Shown: in pieces, positions 16,593-23,966 of the stretch
How the letters are laid out: each line of letters begins with the position of its first letter
Position numbering within the stretch: position 1 is the first letter of the stretch
The notes under the pieces: model-generated
What the model saw: only the letters and a program-made list of their open reading frames with translations
What the model was told of the DNA's origin: nothing
Databases searched by the model: none
Program-made: the position numbers and the translations under genes
From: Alkalimonas mucilaginosa
Lineage (GTDB): Bacteria > Pseudomonadota > Gammaproteobacteria > Enterobacterales > Alteromonadaceae
Assembly: GCF_036327005.1 (NCBI RefSeq)
Contig: NZ_JAUGZK010000004.1
Span: 324,170 to 348,169, forward strand
Length of the DNA: 24,000 bases
Direction of reading: 5' to 3'

Positions 16593-18098
16593 TTAGTCAC
16601 ATGGTTGCCAACTCTGACCGTCAACACTACATTCAAATAAGCGGGTACCATCGTCTAACTCAGTTTCCCGCTCCCAGCGGCCATCCGAATATTTGTGAAT
16701 GGCGACACCATTTTGAATTTTACTTTTACGCCAATACTCTGTACTTACCCGTACTTCGCTGTCGTACTCATAACCCAATAAGTCAAAAAACTGCATAAGC
16801 TCTGTAGCTGGCAAAGTTGGCTTCTCTTTAACATTAATCCAATCAGGCAAGTCGAAGAAAACAGGTTGTGATTCTCTGAAAGAAAATTCAGCGCCAGTAG
16901 ATCCGCCATCTTCCTCATTTATACGAATGGATAATCCTCGCTCATAGGGCATTTCAAAATTATTGTTTACACATTGTTCCAGAGCCGGAAAGCTGACGGT
17001 CGGGACAATGTTTGCTAATTCATAATGAGTTTGTTCAAAGTCAAAACTGACTCGCTCAATATTACCGCAACGATAGCCACCGTCAGGGTCTCGATAGGTG
17101 TCTTGCCGAATACTCAACCAACCCTTCAGTGACTGATCATTCCATGGTTGTCCTAACTCATGAAATTTTGCAAGAACAAAATCCACTTCATCCAAATTTG
17201 GAGAGTCTACTAGTTTGACTCTCTCAATAAAATCTTCACTACCTAGAAAGATAATCTCATCGCGATACCAGCCATTGCTAACGTTAAAATATTCATCATG
17301 CTGAGTGCTACGATAAACAAACACGCGAACTTCATTTGCTGTAGGATAGGTTTTCCTTAATTCCGTTTTGTGTCGATATGCGGCTTTAAGACCTTGCATG
17401 ATATCTTGTGCGGCATGATAAGCCACTGAGTCATTATCTGCGATAAAATCAGCGTATAGCCGATCAGCGGATAGATTGTAGAATGACACAAGCCCACGAA
17501 CGGTTTCTTCGATTTCATTTTTCAGTGTTTGTACTTCTTCCACATGGTTTTTAAGGTAGTGACAGTGCTTTTCCTCTATGGTTCGTGGGTAGCTTCGCTC
17601 AATAGCTTCCCAAACCACCGTGGTTAACGGAGAAATATTTCGTGTAAGGCCGTCCCTGAAATCTGCTTCTGTAATCGGCTCAAAGGTGGGCTGTAATATG
17701 ATTTGATAAGCTTCAGTTACTTCTCCAAGATCTTCATCAAAAGCACCGACAGGCACATCGACGATCAAAGCAGAATATGCAACACACTCAGCAAAATCTT
17801 CCGGGATCTCCAAGTAGTAATCTCCGGCTTCTTCAGTAAGTTTTTGTGGTTCGTCAGGATCAGCTATTCCATTGCCATTAATATCTAAAAATACTGTACC
17901 TCCTACTATGTAACCATCTATTGCTTTTCCCGACACTGTTAAAAACCGCGCTGTCGGTGGTGTCACTCCTTGAGGAGGTGGTGTCACGCCTTGCGATGGT
18001 GGCGCTGGTTCAGAGCTGCCACCACCACCGCAAGCACTTAAAGCAACTGCAATGGCAGTGACAATTGCCAGTTTGGTAAATATTTGGTTTTTCTTCAT
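16593..18098 (-). CDS. Lipoprotein of unknown function (Pro-rich tandem linker, Ca-binding-like loop)
   Basis: Signal peptide plus lipobox 'AVALSAC' followed by GGGGS. Linker 'PPSQGVTPPPQGVTPP'. 'GKAIDGYIVGGTVFLDINGNGIADPDEP' is a DxNxNGxxD-type loop. The remaining ~400 aa or so resemble no family I recognise. Confidence 0.8.
   Translation of the reverse strand: MKKNQIFTKLAIVTAIAVALSACGGGGSSEPAPPSQGVTPPPQGVTPPTARFLTVSGKAIDGYIVGGTVFLDINGNGIADPDEPQKLTEEAGDYYLEIPEDFAECVAYSALIVDVPVGAFDEDLGEVTEAYQIILQPTFEPITEADFRDGLTRNISPLTTVVWEAIERSYPRTIEEKHCHYLKNHVEEVQTLKNEIEETVRGLVSFYNLSADRLYADFIADNDSVAYHAAQDIMQGLKAAYRHKTELRKTYPTANEVRVFVYRSTQHDEYFNVSNGWYRDEIIFLGSEDFIERVKLVDSPNLDEVDFVLAKFHELGQPWNDQSLKGWLSIRQDTYRDPDGGYRCGNIERVSFDFEQTHYELANIVPTVSFPALEQCVNNNFEMPYERGLSIRINEEDGGSTGAEFSFRESQPVFFDLPDWINVKEKPTLPATELMQFFDLLGYEYDSEVRVSTEYWRKSKIQNGVAIHKYSDGRWERETELDDGTRLFECSVDGQSWQPCD
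17956..17997 (-). repeat. Two tandem 21-nt units encoding the (P)PxQGVTP linker repeat of the lipoprotein
   Basis: ggtggtgtcactccttgagga / ggtggtgtcacgccttgcgat are adjacent, in frame, and match at 17/21 positions. Confidence 0.7.
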
Positions 18099-18261
18099 AT
18101 CACTCTCCTGATTATTAGGGATAACCCAAACTCGCCTGCAAGGACTCGTTCAGGCTTGGCAACAGGAGTAAATTACAGTGATCAACTAAACTGGTGGTGT
18201 ACGACAACGACCAGTTTGTGTAACTGACCGACAATATACCCATCGATAACTCATTCAAGCG

Positions 18262-18789
18262 ATGGTGAAATTTTTCTTATTCTTCATACATATCTTTTCT
18301 GTTGTGCTAAAACTGACAACTAGTGCTTCAACGATCATGGCTGCAGGTGTATTTGTTTTTCTTTATGGCTTCATTTTATATGGCATGTATGAATTAAGCT
18401 TCCAAGTGGTATCTTGGAAGAAACGTTTGAAAGAGAAATATCGGGGCAAGGAGCATTTTGGCTGGATAATGGTTCCGACTTTAATTGCAGGGGTTGGAGT
18501 AGGAGTGCCGCTAGTGTTTATTTCGATAATATCATTTGCTGTTTTAGTGGTACTTAATAGTTACACAGTAGGGGCTAATCGGGCAGCTGATGAAATCAAA
18601 GCTTTTGTTCAATGCGATCATCCTGAAGCAAGGTGTACCAGGATTTTCTCTGGTACTGACTTGATTGCTGAAGGTAAGATCGTAACGGTGTCAGCTAAAA
18701 GTCTAGCGGTATTTGATGGCCATAGAGTGTTAATTCTAGATCATGATAATCTTCGCGTTGAGACAGAAATACAAAAACAGCATAGGTAG
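18262..18789 (+). CDS. Hypothetical membrane protein (3-4 TM helices + approximately 75-aa C-terminal soluble domain)
   Basis: 175-aa ORF. Hydrophobic helices 'FFLFFIHIFSVVL', 'IMAAGVFVFLYGFILYGMY' and 'IMVPTLIAGVGVGVPLVFISIISFAVLVVL'. No clear SD; ATG 18337 is an alternative start. Confidence 0.55.
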   Translation: MVKFFLFFIHIFSVVLKLTTSASTIMAAGVFVFLYGFILYGMYELSFQVVSWKKRLKEKYRGKEHFGWIMVPTLIAGVGVGVPLVFISIISFAVLVVLNSYTVGANRAADEIKAFVQCDHPEARCTRIFSGTDLIAEGKIVTVSAKSLAVFDGHRVLILDHDNLRVETEIQKQHR

Positions 18790-18843
18790 CTTGTATATGA
18801 AGAGTTTTGCGGTATTTTTCCCCAACGTCACCGAGGTTAGCGT

Positions 18844-19359
18844 GTGATCTATTGGAAGTCGTTTCAACATCAGGGGAATGAATTTAGTCTTGAACATCTA
18901 CATCCCAAAATATGGCTCTATGAACAAGCTGCAACAGACACTAAGCCTGCTATACCTTATCGGATTAGGGTTATTTATAGTTTGCATTGTTTTACTGTGA
19001 TGAGGGATGAGACAAAGCCTAAGCTGGATTATTCAGACGACAGAGAAATAAGAACTTTTTGTTTCGATAGGTACGAGTGGTCGAAGCTTCTGAACGAGGT
19101 CATTGAAAACCTGGATGAAGGGCATGTATACCATACGGGGCGACAAAATTTTCTAAGAATCAGGAGCACTTCAGGCTCGGAGTATGAAGTGTTTTTTACG
19201 CTCATGAAGTCAAAAGAGAAAGGTGTCGATCTTCAGCTATACGTTCAATCTGCTTACCTGAGAACCAGAGGAAGTAGCCCAAAGGCTGGTAAGATTCGAT
19301 TTTCTGTTATTGCATACAACACGAAAGCAAATAAACCAATTAAGGTACATAAACGCTAG
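18844..19359 (+). CDS. Hypothetical cytosolic protein, family not recognised
   Basis: 171-aa ORF with a GTG start preceded by GAGG (18833-18836) at 7-nt spacing. A strong rho-independent terminator follows. No TM segment and no motif I can name. Confidence 0.6.
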   Translation: MIYWKSFQHQGNEFSLEHLHPKIWLYEQAATDTKPAIPYRIRVIYSLHCFTVMRDETKPKLDYSDDREIRTFCFDRYEWSKLLNEVIENLDEGHVYHTGRQNFLRIRSTSGSEYEVFFTLMKSKEKGVDLQLYVQSAYLRTRGSSPKAGKIRFSVIAYNTKANKPIKVHKR

Positions 19360-19364
19360 AAACT

Positions 19365-19389
19365 AAAAAAGCGCCAAAGGCGCTTTTTT
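19365..19389 (+). terminator. Rho-independent terminator of the 18262-19359 cassette
   Basis: aaaaaagcgcc-aaa-ggcgctttttt has a GC stem followed by T6. The symmetry is perfect, so it could work in both directions. Confidence 0.8.
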
Positions 19390-19653
19390 AGTTTAATCAG
19401 GGTCTTTGGGTATCACGCTCTTGGGCGGTAACCTTAATCTAATAAGGCGACATTAGCGCACTCTCTCGAGTCCTGTTTATACGCTAACAACGACAGTATA
19501 AACTATAGTTGACGGTCAACACATCGGACCAGTTTGATTTGGTGGTTATCCTAACGTTTTACAGGCTGTAGTTTGTTTAGTAGTATCTCGGTAGCACAGA
19601 GGTAGCACCGAGCTATTTTCAGGAAACCGGGTAAAACGACAAGCCTTTAAAAA

Positions 19654-19730
19654 TGGTGGCCCCAGCTGGACTCGAACCAGCGACCGATCGATTATGAGTC
19701 GAGCGCTCTAACCAACTGAGCTATAGGGCC
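19654..19730 (-). tRNA. ileX: tRNA with CAU anticodon; most likely tRNA-Ile2 (lysidine-modified, ileX-like), formally Met by anticodon
   Basis: The reverse complement is GGCCCTATAGCTCAGTTGGTTAGAGCGCTCGACTCATAATCGATCGGTCGCTGGTTCGAGTCCAGCTGGGGCCACCA (77 nt). It folds as a cloverleaf with an encoded CCA end and anticodon loop CU-CAU-AA. A G1-C72 pair and the lack of a GGG/CCC anticodon stem rule out the initiator tRNA. The C4-G69 and C5-G68 pairs and the T-arm/acceptor resemble E. coli ileX as I recall it. Its position downstream of rpoD is also as in E. coli. Confidence 0.9.
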
Positions 19731-19767
19731 ATGGTGTGGACATTCTTGCTAAGCAAAAACGGCTTGC

Positions 19768-19796
19768 AGTATAGAAAGTTTTGCTGCCGTTGTCAT
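19768..19796 (-). promoter_or_regulatory. Candidate sigma-70 promoter for the tRNA gene
   Basis: On the minus strand: ATGACA (-35, rc of 19791-19796), a 17-nt spacer, then TATACT (-10, rc of 19768-19773). It lies about 35 nt upstream of the mature tRNA 5' end. Confidence 0.45.
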
Positions 19797-19848
19797 CTGA
19801 CTTTGCTGGCTTATTGCTATCAAGCGGTTATTTTTTCTGCAAAAAGTA

Positions 19849-19871
19849 AAAGGCGCCGGGTAGGCGCCTTT
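19849..19871 (-). terminator. Rho-independent terminator downstream of rpoD
   Basis: aaaggcgcc-gggta-ggcgccttt. On the minus strand the stem is followed by TTTTACTTTTT. Confidence 0.75.
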
Positions 19872-19876
19872 GGTAT

Positions 19877-21718
19877 TTACTCGTCCAGGAAGCTTTTTAA
19901 CACTTCCGAGCGCGATGGGTGGCGCAGTTTGCGTAATGCCTTGGCTTCGATCTGCCGGATCCGCTCCCGGGTAACGTCGAACTGTTTGCCGACTTCTTCC
20001 AGGGTGTGATCGGTATTCATGTCGATACCAAACCGCATCCGCAGTACTTTGGCTTCACGGGCGGTAAGGCCGGCCAGTACTTCGTTGGTGGCGTTTTTCA
20101 GACTTTCCATCGTGGCTGAGTCCAGTGGTGATTCACCGCTGGTATCCTCGATAAAGTCGCCCAGATGCGAATCTTCATCATCGCCAATCGGGGTTTCCAT
20201 CGAAATTGGCTCTTTGGCGATTTTCAGCACCTTGCGGATTTTGTCTTCTGGCATTTGCATGCGTTCGGACAATTCTTCCGGTGTTGGCTCCCGGCCCATC
20301 TCCTGCAACATCTGCCGGGAGATCCGGTTCAGCTTGTTGATGGTTTCGATCATATGCACCGGAATACGGATGGTACGGGCTTGATCAGCAATGGAGCGGG
20401 TGATGGCCTGACGGATCCACCAGGTGGCATAGGTCGAAAACTTGTAACCACGACGGTATTCGAATTTATCGACGGCCTTCATCAGACCAATATTGCCTTC
20501 CTGGATCAGATCAAGGAATTGCAAACCACGGTTGGTGTATTTTTTCGCAATCGAAATAACCAGACGCAGGTTGGCCTCGACCATTTCCTTTTTCGCCCGG
20601 CGGGCTTTGGCTTCGCCAATGGACATCCGACGGTTGATGTCTTTAATTTTGGTAATGCTAAGGCCAGTCTCTTCCTCAACTTTCTTCAGTTTTTCAACAC
20701 AGCGATACAAATCGTCTTTGAAATCGCTCAGTTTTTCAGAGTGCGTTTTTTTGGCTGCAATTTCAGCATCGATCCAGGCCGTAGAGGTTTCATTGCCAGT
20801 GAAGGCTTTTACGAAAGCTTTCTTCGGCATTTTGGCATGTTCGACGCTGTGCTTCATCAGCAGACGTTCCTGCACCCGCACCCGGTCCATCATTTCGCGC
20901 ATGTTTTTGACCAGGCGATCGAATTGCTTCGGTACCAGGCGGAAACAGCGAAACACTTCACTCAGCTTCAGAATCTCTTCTTTGGTGGTGTCGTGCTCAC
21001 GGCCATTGCTGACAATGGAGTTACGGGTAACATCGTATTGCTGACGCAATTCACCGAATTTAATGCGGGCAACTTCCGGATCCGGACCGCTATCACCATC
21101 ATCGGCATCGTCGCTGTCGTCATCATCGTCGTCATCGTCGTCATCGTCGTTGTTGGATTCCGGCACATCTGAACCAATGTTGGTTGCAATTACCGGTGCT
21201 TCATCCAGCTCATTCGGATCGACGAATGCGGTGACGATGTCACTCAGTCGCATCTGGTCGGCTTCGAATTTATCCCACAACTCAAGCAGGTAGGTGATAG
21301 CTTCCGGATATTCCGCAACCGAGGTTTGTACCTGGTTGATGCCATCCTCGATGCGCTTGGCGATTTCAATTTCGCCATCCCGGGTTAATAGCTCGACGGT
21401 GCCCATTTCCCGCATGTACATCCGCACCGGATCAGTGGTGCGGCCGAGTTCTTTATCGACACTGACCAGCGCCTGAGCAGCTTCTTCAGCGGCATCATCA
21501 TCGGCGGCGGCATCGGCCATGATCAGATCATCGGCATCCGGGGCGGATTCAAACACCTGGATCCCCATGTCGTTGATCATGCGGATAATATCTTCGATTT
21601 GCTCCGAGTCGATAATGTCTTGTGGAAGGTGGTCATTGACTTCCGCAAAGGTGAGGTACCCTTGCTCTTTACCTTTCAAGATCAGGAGTTTGAGTTGCGA
21701 CTGAGGACTTTGCTCCAT
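19877..21718 (-). CDS. rpoD: RNA polymerase sigma-70 factor RpoD
   Basis: '[23 protein letters not shown]' is the canonical N-terminus and gives 613 aa. The region 2 block '[30 protein letters not shown]' and the region 4.2 block '[30 protein letters not shown]' are present. The ORF-track start at 21802 adds 28 implausible residues. Confidence 0.97.
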   Translation of the reverse strand: MEQSPQSQLKLLILKGKEQGYLTFAEVNDHLPQDIIDSEQIEDIIRMINDMGIQVFESAPDADDLIMADAAADDDAAEEAAQALVSVDKELGRTTDPVRMYMREMGTVELLTRDGEIEIAKRIEDGINQVQTSVAEYPEAITYLLELWDKFEADQMRLSDIVTAFVDPNELDEAPVIATNIGSDVPESNNDDDDDDDDDDDSDDADDGDSGPDPEVARIKFGELRQQYDVTRNSIVSNGREHDTTKEEILKLSEVFRCFRLVPKQFDRLVKNMREMMDRVRVQERLLMKHSVEHAKMPKKAFVKAFTGNETSTAWIDAEIAAKKTHSEKLSDFKDDLYRCVEKLKKVEEETGLSITKIKDINRRMSIGEAKARRAKKEMVEANLRLVISIAKKYTNRGLQFLDLIQEGNIGLMKAVDKFEYRRGYKFSTYATWWIRQAITRSIADQARTIRIPVHMIETINKLNRISRQMLQEMGREPTPEELSERMQMPEDKIRKVLKIAKEPISMETPIGDDEDSHLGDFIEDTSGESPLDSATMESLKNATNEVLAGLTAREAKVLRMRFGIDMNTDHTLEEVGKQFDVTRERIRQIEAKALRKLRHPSRSEVLKSFLDE

Positions 21719-21802
21719 AGAGGCTATGCTTCCACTCAAGTTAATTAATAAACGAATTGCGAACTGGCAATTATAACAAACTGCGGCATTTCTAGCCAGC
21801 AA

Positions 21803-23551
21803 TTAGCTGGGTGCCGATCGCGGTTTTCTGCTTTTTAGTGCTGTAAGTAACAATACGTATTCCTGTTGCTCTACAGAGGTCAACTTTTGCAGTTTGGCTG
21901 TACGCTCCAGCGCCTCCAGGCGTTGTTGCAGATAAAGATCTTCTATCGCGGCAAAGGTATCCACAAATTCTGGCTCGATTTGCTCGGGTTCCAGTTGAGG
22001 ATCCCACACTGCCAGTTTATTGAGTATCGGATATTCCTGACTATTCCGCCAATGCTCTAACAGCTGAGCAGTACGAACCCCGGGGATTTCCAGGATTTTT
22101 TGTTGCAATGCCAGCAATAAATCAAAGCCCGGTAACTGGGCTCCTGCCAGCTCTTGTGCTTGCGGTATGCTGTTGGCCAACGCCGGGTATTGCAGTAATA
22201 AAGCAATGGCTCGGCGCATTGGGGTCATGCTTTGTGCTTTGGGCAGATAACGGGCGGTTATACCTTTGCCCGGAGCTGCTTTGGCCTCTTTGGGCTTGCC
22301 AATCAGGTTGTGCAGCTTATCACTGAGTTGTTCCCGGTAAAACTCACTGGGGATCTGACCGATCAGAGCTTTTCCTTCTGCCAATAGCGCTGATTTTCCA
22401 GCATCGGAACTGGCATCGTGTTGTGTCAGCAGGTACTCAAAGAAATAATGCTGCAAGCTGGCGGCTGCGGCAACACGCGCTAGAAAAGCCTCTTTGCCTT
22501 CTTGTTGTACCATGCTATCCGGATCTTCGCCATCCGGTAAAAAAACAAATTTAAGCTCCACACCATCTTTTAACTGTGGCAGAGCATTTTGCAAAGCACG
22601 CCAGGCAGCATCGCGGCCGGCACGGTCACCATCGTAGCAACAGACCACGGAGCGGCAATAGCGAAACAGCGTTTGCATGTGGTCGCTGGTCGTCGCAGTC
22701 CCCAGGCTGGCGACAGCAAAATCAATGCCTTGCTCCGACAGAGCCACCACGTCCATATAGCCTTCGACTACCAGCACCTGCTCCAGTCGTTCCTGCTGCT
22801 GACGGGCCTCAAATAAGCCATAGAGTTCACGGCCCTTATGAAACAAGCGGGTTTCCGGTGAGTTCAGATACTTGGGGGTGCCGTCATCGAATACCCTGCC
22901 ACCAAAAGCAATCACCCGGCCACGGCGATCACGAATGGGGAACATCAACCGGTTACGAAAAAAATCGTACTCGCGGCCTTGCTCATTGCGGCTGGTCAGT
23001 TTCAGCTCAACTAACTGATCGCGTACTTTCTTGTCCTTGCCCAACTGGCGCAGCACAAAATCCCAACTATCCGGTGCGACACCAATACCAAACTTCTGTA
23101 CCGTGTTGGCACTTAAACCCCGGCGCTTTAAGTAGGCTTGCGCCTGTGCACTGGCAGGACCATGCTGCAATTGCTGTTGCCATAAGCTACTGACTTTTTG
23201 CATCAGTTCGTAATCATCGGCCTGACCACTGGGGCGGGCAGGACCACCGCCTTCGCGTGGCACTTCAAGATGATGCATTGCCGCCAGTTCTTCAATGGCC
23301 TCAGGAAACTCCAGTTGCTCGTACTCCATCAAGAAGGTGATGGCGTTGCCGTGTGCTCCACAACCGAAACAGTGGTAAAACTGCTTGTCTTGGCTGACAG
23401 TAAAAGAGGGCGTTTTTTCGTTATGGAAAGGGCAGCAGGCAGAATGATTCCGGCCTTTTTTCTTCAAAGGCACACGTTGATCGATCAACTCGACAATGTC
23501 GGTTCGAGCCAGTAAATCATCAATGAACTGTCGCGGGATCTGTCCGGCCAC
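21803..23551 (-). CDS. dnaG: DNA primase DnaG
   Basis: GTG start. Zinc ribbon 'CCPFHNEKTPSFTVSQDKQFYHCFGCGAHGN'. Toprim 'VVEGYMDVVAL' and 'CYDGDRAGRDAA'. 582 aa, located between rpsU and rpoD. Confidence 0.96.
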   Translation of the reverse strand: MAGQIPRQFIDDLLARTDIVELIDQRVPLKKKGRNHSACCPFHNEKTPSFTVSQDKQFYHCFGCGAHGNAITFLMEYEQLEFPEAIEELAAMHHLEVPREGGGPARPSGQADDYELMQKVSSLWQQQLQHGPASAQAQAYLKRRGLSANTVQKFGIGVAPDSWDFVLRQLGKDKKVRDQLVELKLTSRNEQGREYDFFRNRLMFPIRDRRGRVIAFGGRVFDDGTPKYLNSPETRLFHKGRELYGLFEARQQQERLEQVLVVEGYMDVVALSEQGIDFAVASLGTATTSDHMQTLFRYCRSVVCCYDGDRAGRDAAWRALQNALPQLKDGVELKFVFLPDGEDPDSMVQQEGKEAFLARVAAAASLQHYFFEYLLTQHDASSDAGKSALLAEGKALIGQIPSEFYREQLSDKLHNLIGKPKEAKAAPGKGITARYLPKAQSMTPMRRAIALLLQYPALANSIPQAQELAGAQLPGFDLLLALQQKILEIPGVRTAQLLEHWRNSQEYPILNKLAVWDPQLEPEQIEPEFVDTFAAIEDLYLQQRLEALERTAKLQKLTSVEQQEYVLLLTALKSRKPRSAPS

Positions 23552-23571
23552 TGGATAGTTTCACTTTGCTC

Positions 23572-23603
23572 AGAAAAAGACAAACCGTGCCTGAAAGCAC
23601 GGT
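23572..23603 (-). terminator. T1-like attenuating terminator between rpsU and dnaG
   Basis: accgtgc-ctgaaa-gcacggt (23584-23603). On the minus strand the stem is followed by TTGTCTTTTTCTG, immediately upstream of the dnaG start. This is analogous to E. coli terminator T1. Confidence 0.6.
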
Positions 23604-23660
23604 GTGGTCAGCATATGCCAGTTCCCGACTCTTTGCATTCTAACAATCAAGAGTTGGGGG

Positions 23661-23721
23661 GCGTTTCATTGCAATCAAAAGCTGTTTGAAAACAGCAGCT
23701 GCCTGCCAGGCAATGAAACGC
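23661..23721 (-). promoter_or_regulatory. Long stem-loop in the rpsU-dnaG intergenic leader
   Basis: Perfect 12-bp stem gcgtttcattgc / gcaatgaaacgc (23661-23672 with 23710-23721). It encloses a nested hairpin gctgtt-tgaaa-acagc (23681-23695). Confidence 0.5.
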
Positions 23722-23750
23722 AGCCGTCGCTGTGACGTCTTTAGTACAAA

Positions 23751-23966
23751 TTAGTACAGACGGATACGACGTGCATTTTCGCGAGAAAGCTTCTTAGCGT
23801 GGCGTTTTACCGCAGCTGCTTTCTTACGCTTACGAATCCAGGTTGGCTTTTCGTAGAATTCTTTTGCACGCACGTCAGCCAGGATGCCAGCCTTTTCACA
23901 AGAGCGCTTGAAACGACGCAAAGCTACGTCAAAGGGTTCGTTTTCTTTTACTTTAACAACAGGCAT
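23751..23966 (-). CDS. rpsU: 30S ribosomal protein S21
   Basis: 71 aa, '[42 protein letters not shown]...[10 protein letters not shown]', near-identical to enterobacterial S21. GAGGTGA SD lies upstream. Confidence 0.97.
   Translation of the reverse strand: MPVVKVKENEPFDVALRRFKRSCEKAGILADVRAKEFYEKPTWIRKRKKAAAVKRHAKKLSRENARRIRLY

Larger units (their letters stand above)
15040..19653. other. AT-rich genomic islet abutting the 3' end of the tRNA(CAU) gene; no integrase detected
   Basis: Hand counts of 60-nt lines give 22/60 G+C for 15301-15360 and 25/60 for 18901-18960. The flanks give 40/60 for 14401-14460 and 31/60 for 20401-20460. All four genes inside are orphans or unknowns. Confidence 0.55.

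Noticed and set aside
18209-18218. Identical 10-mer 'gaccagtttg' upstream (18209-18218) and downstream (19527-19536) of the two-gene cassette; possible flanking direct repeats
   Set aside because: A single 10-nt identity between two sites is expected many times by chance in 24 kb. The flanking bases differ and no associated recombinase is present.
20165-21172. 335-aa ORF on the + strand, with further + strand ORFs at 20019-20384, 20493-21044, 21063-21293 and elsewhere
   Set aside because: They lie entirely antisense to the unmistakable rpoD coding sequence. Their low-complexity composition (runs of V/I/F) is typical of shadow frames.
21719-21802. 28-codon N-terminal extension of rpoD in the ORF track ([13 protein letters not shown]...)
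   Set aside because: The canonical sigma-70 N-terminus '[10 protein letters not shown]' begins at 21718 and gives the expected 613 aa. The extension abuts the dnaG stop at 21803 with no spacer and would leave no intergenic leader, so I treat it as non-coding.
23741-23758. Tandem 'ttagtaca-aa-ttagtaca' spanning the rpsU stop codon
   Set aside because: It is an 8-nt duplication, too short to interpret. It merely provides a second in-frame-independent TAA downstream and has no clear function.
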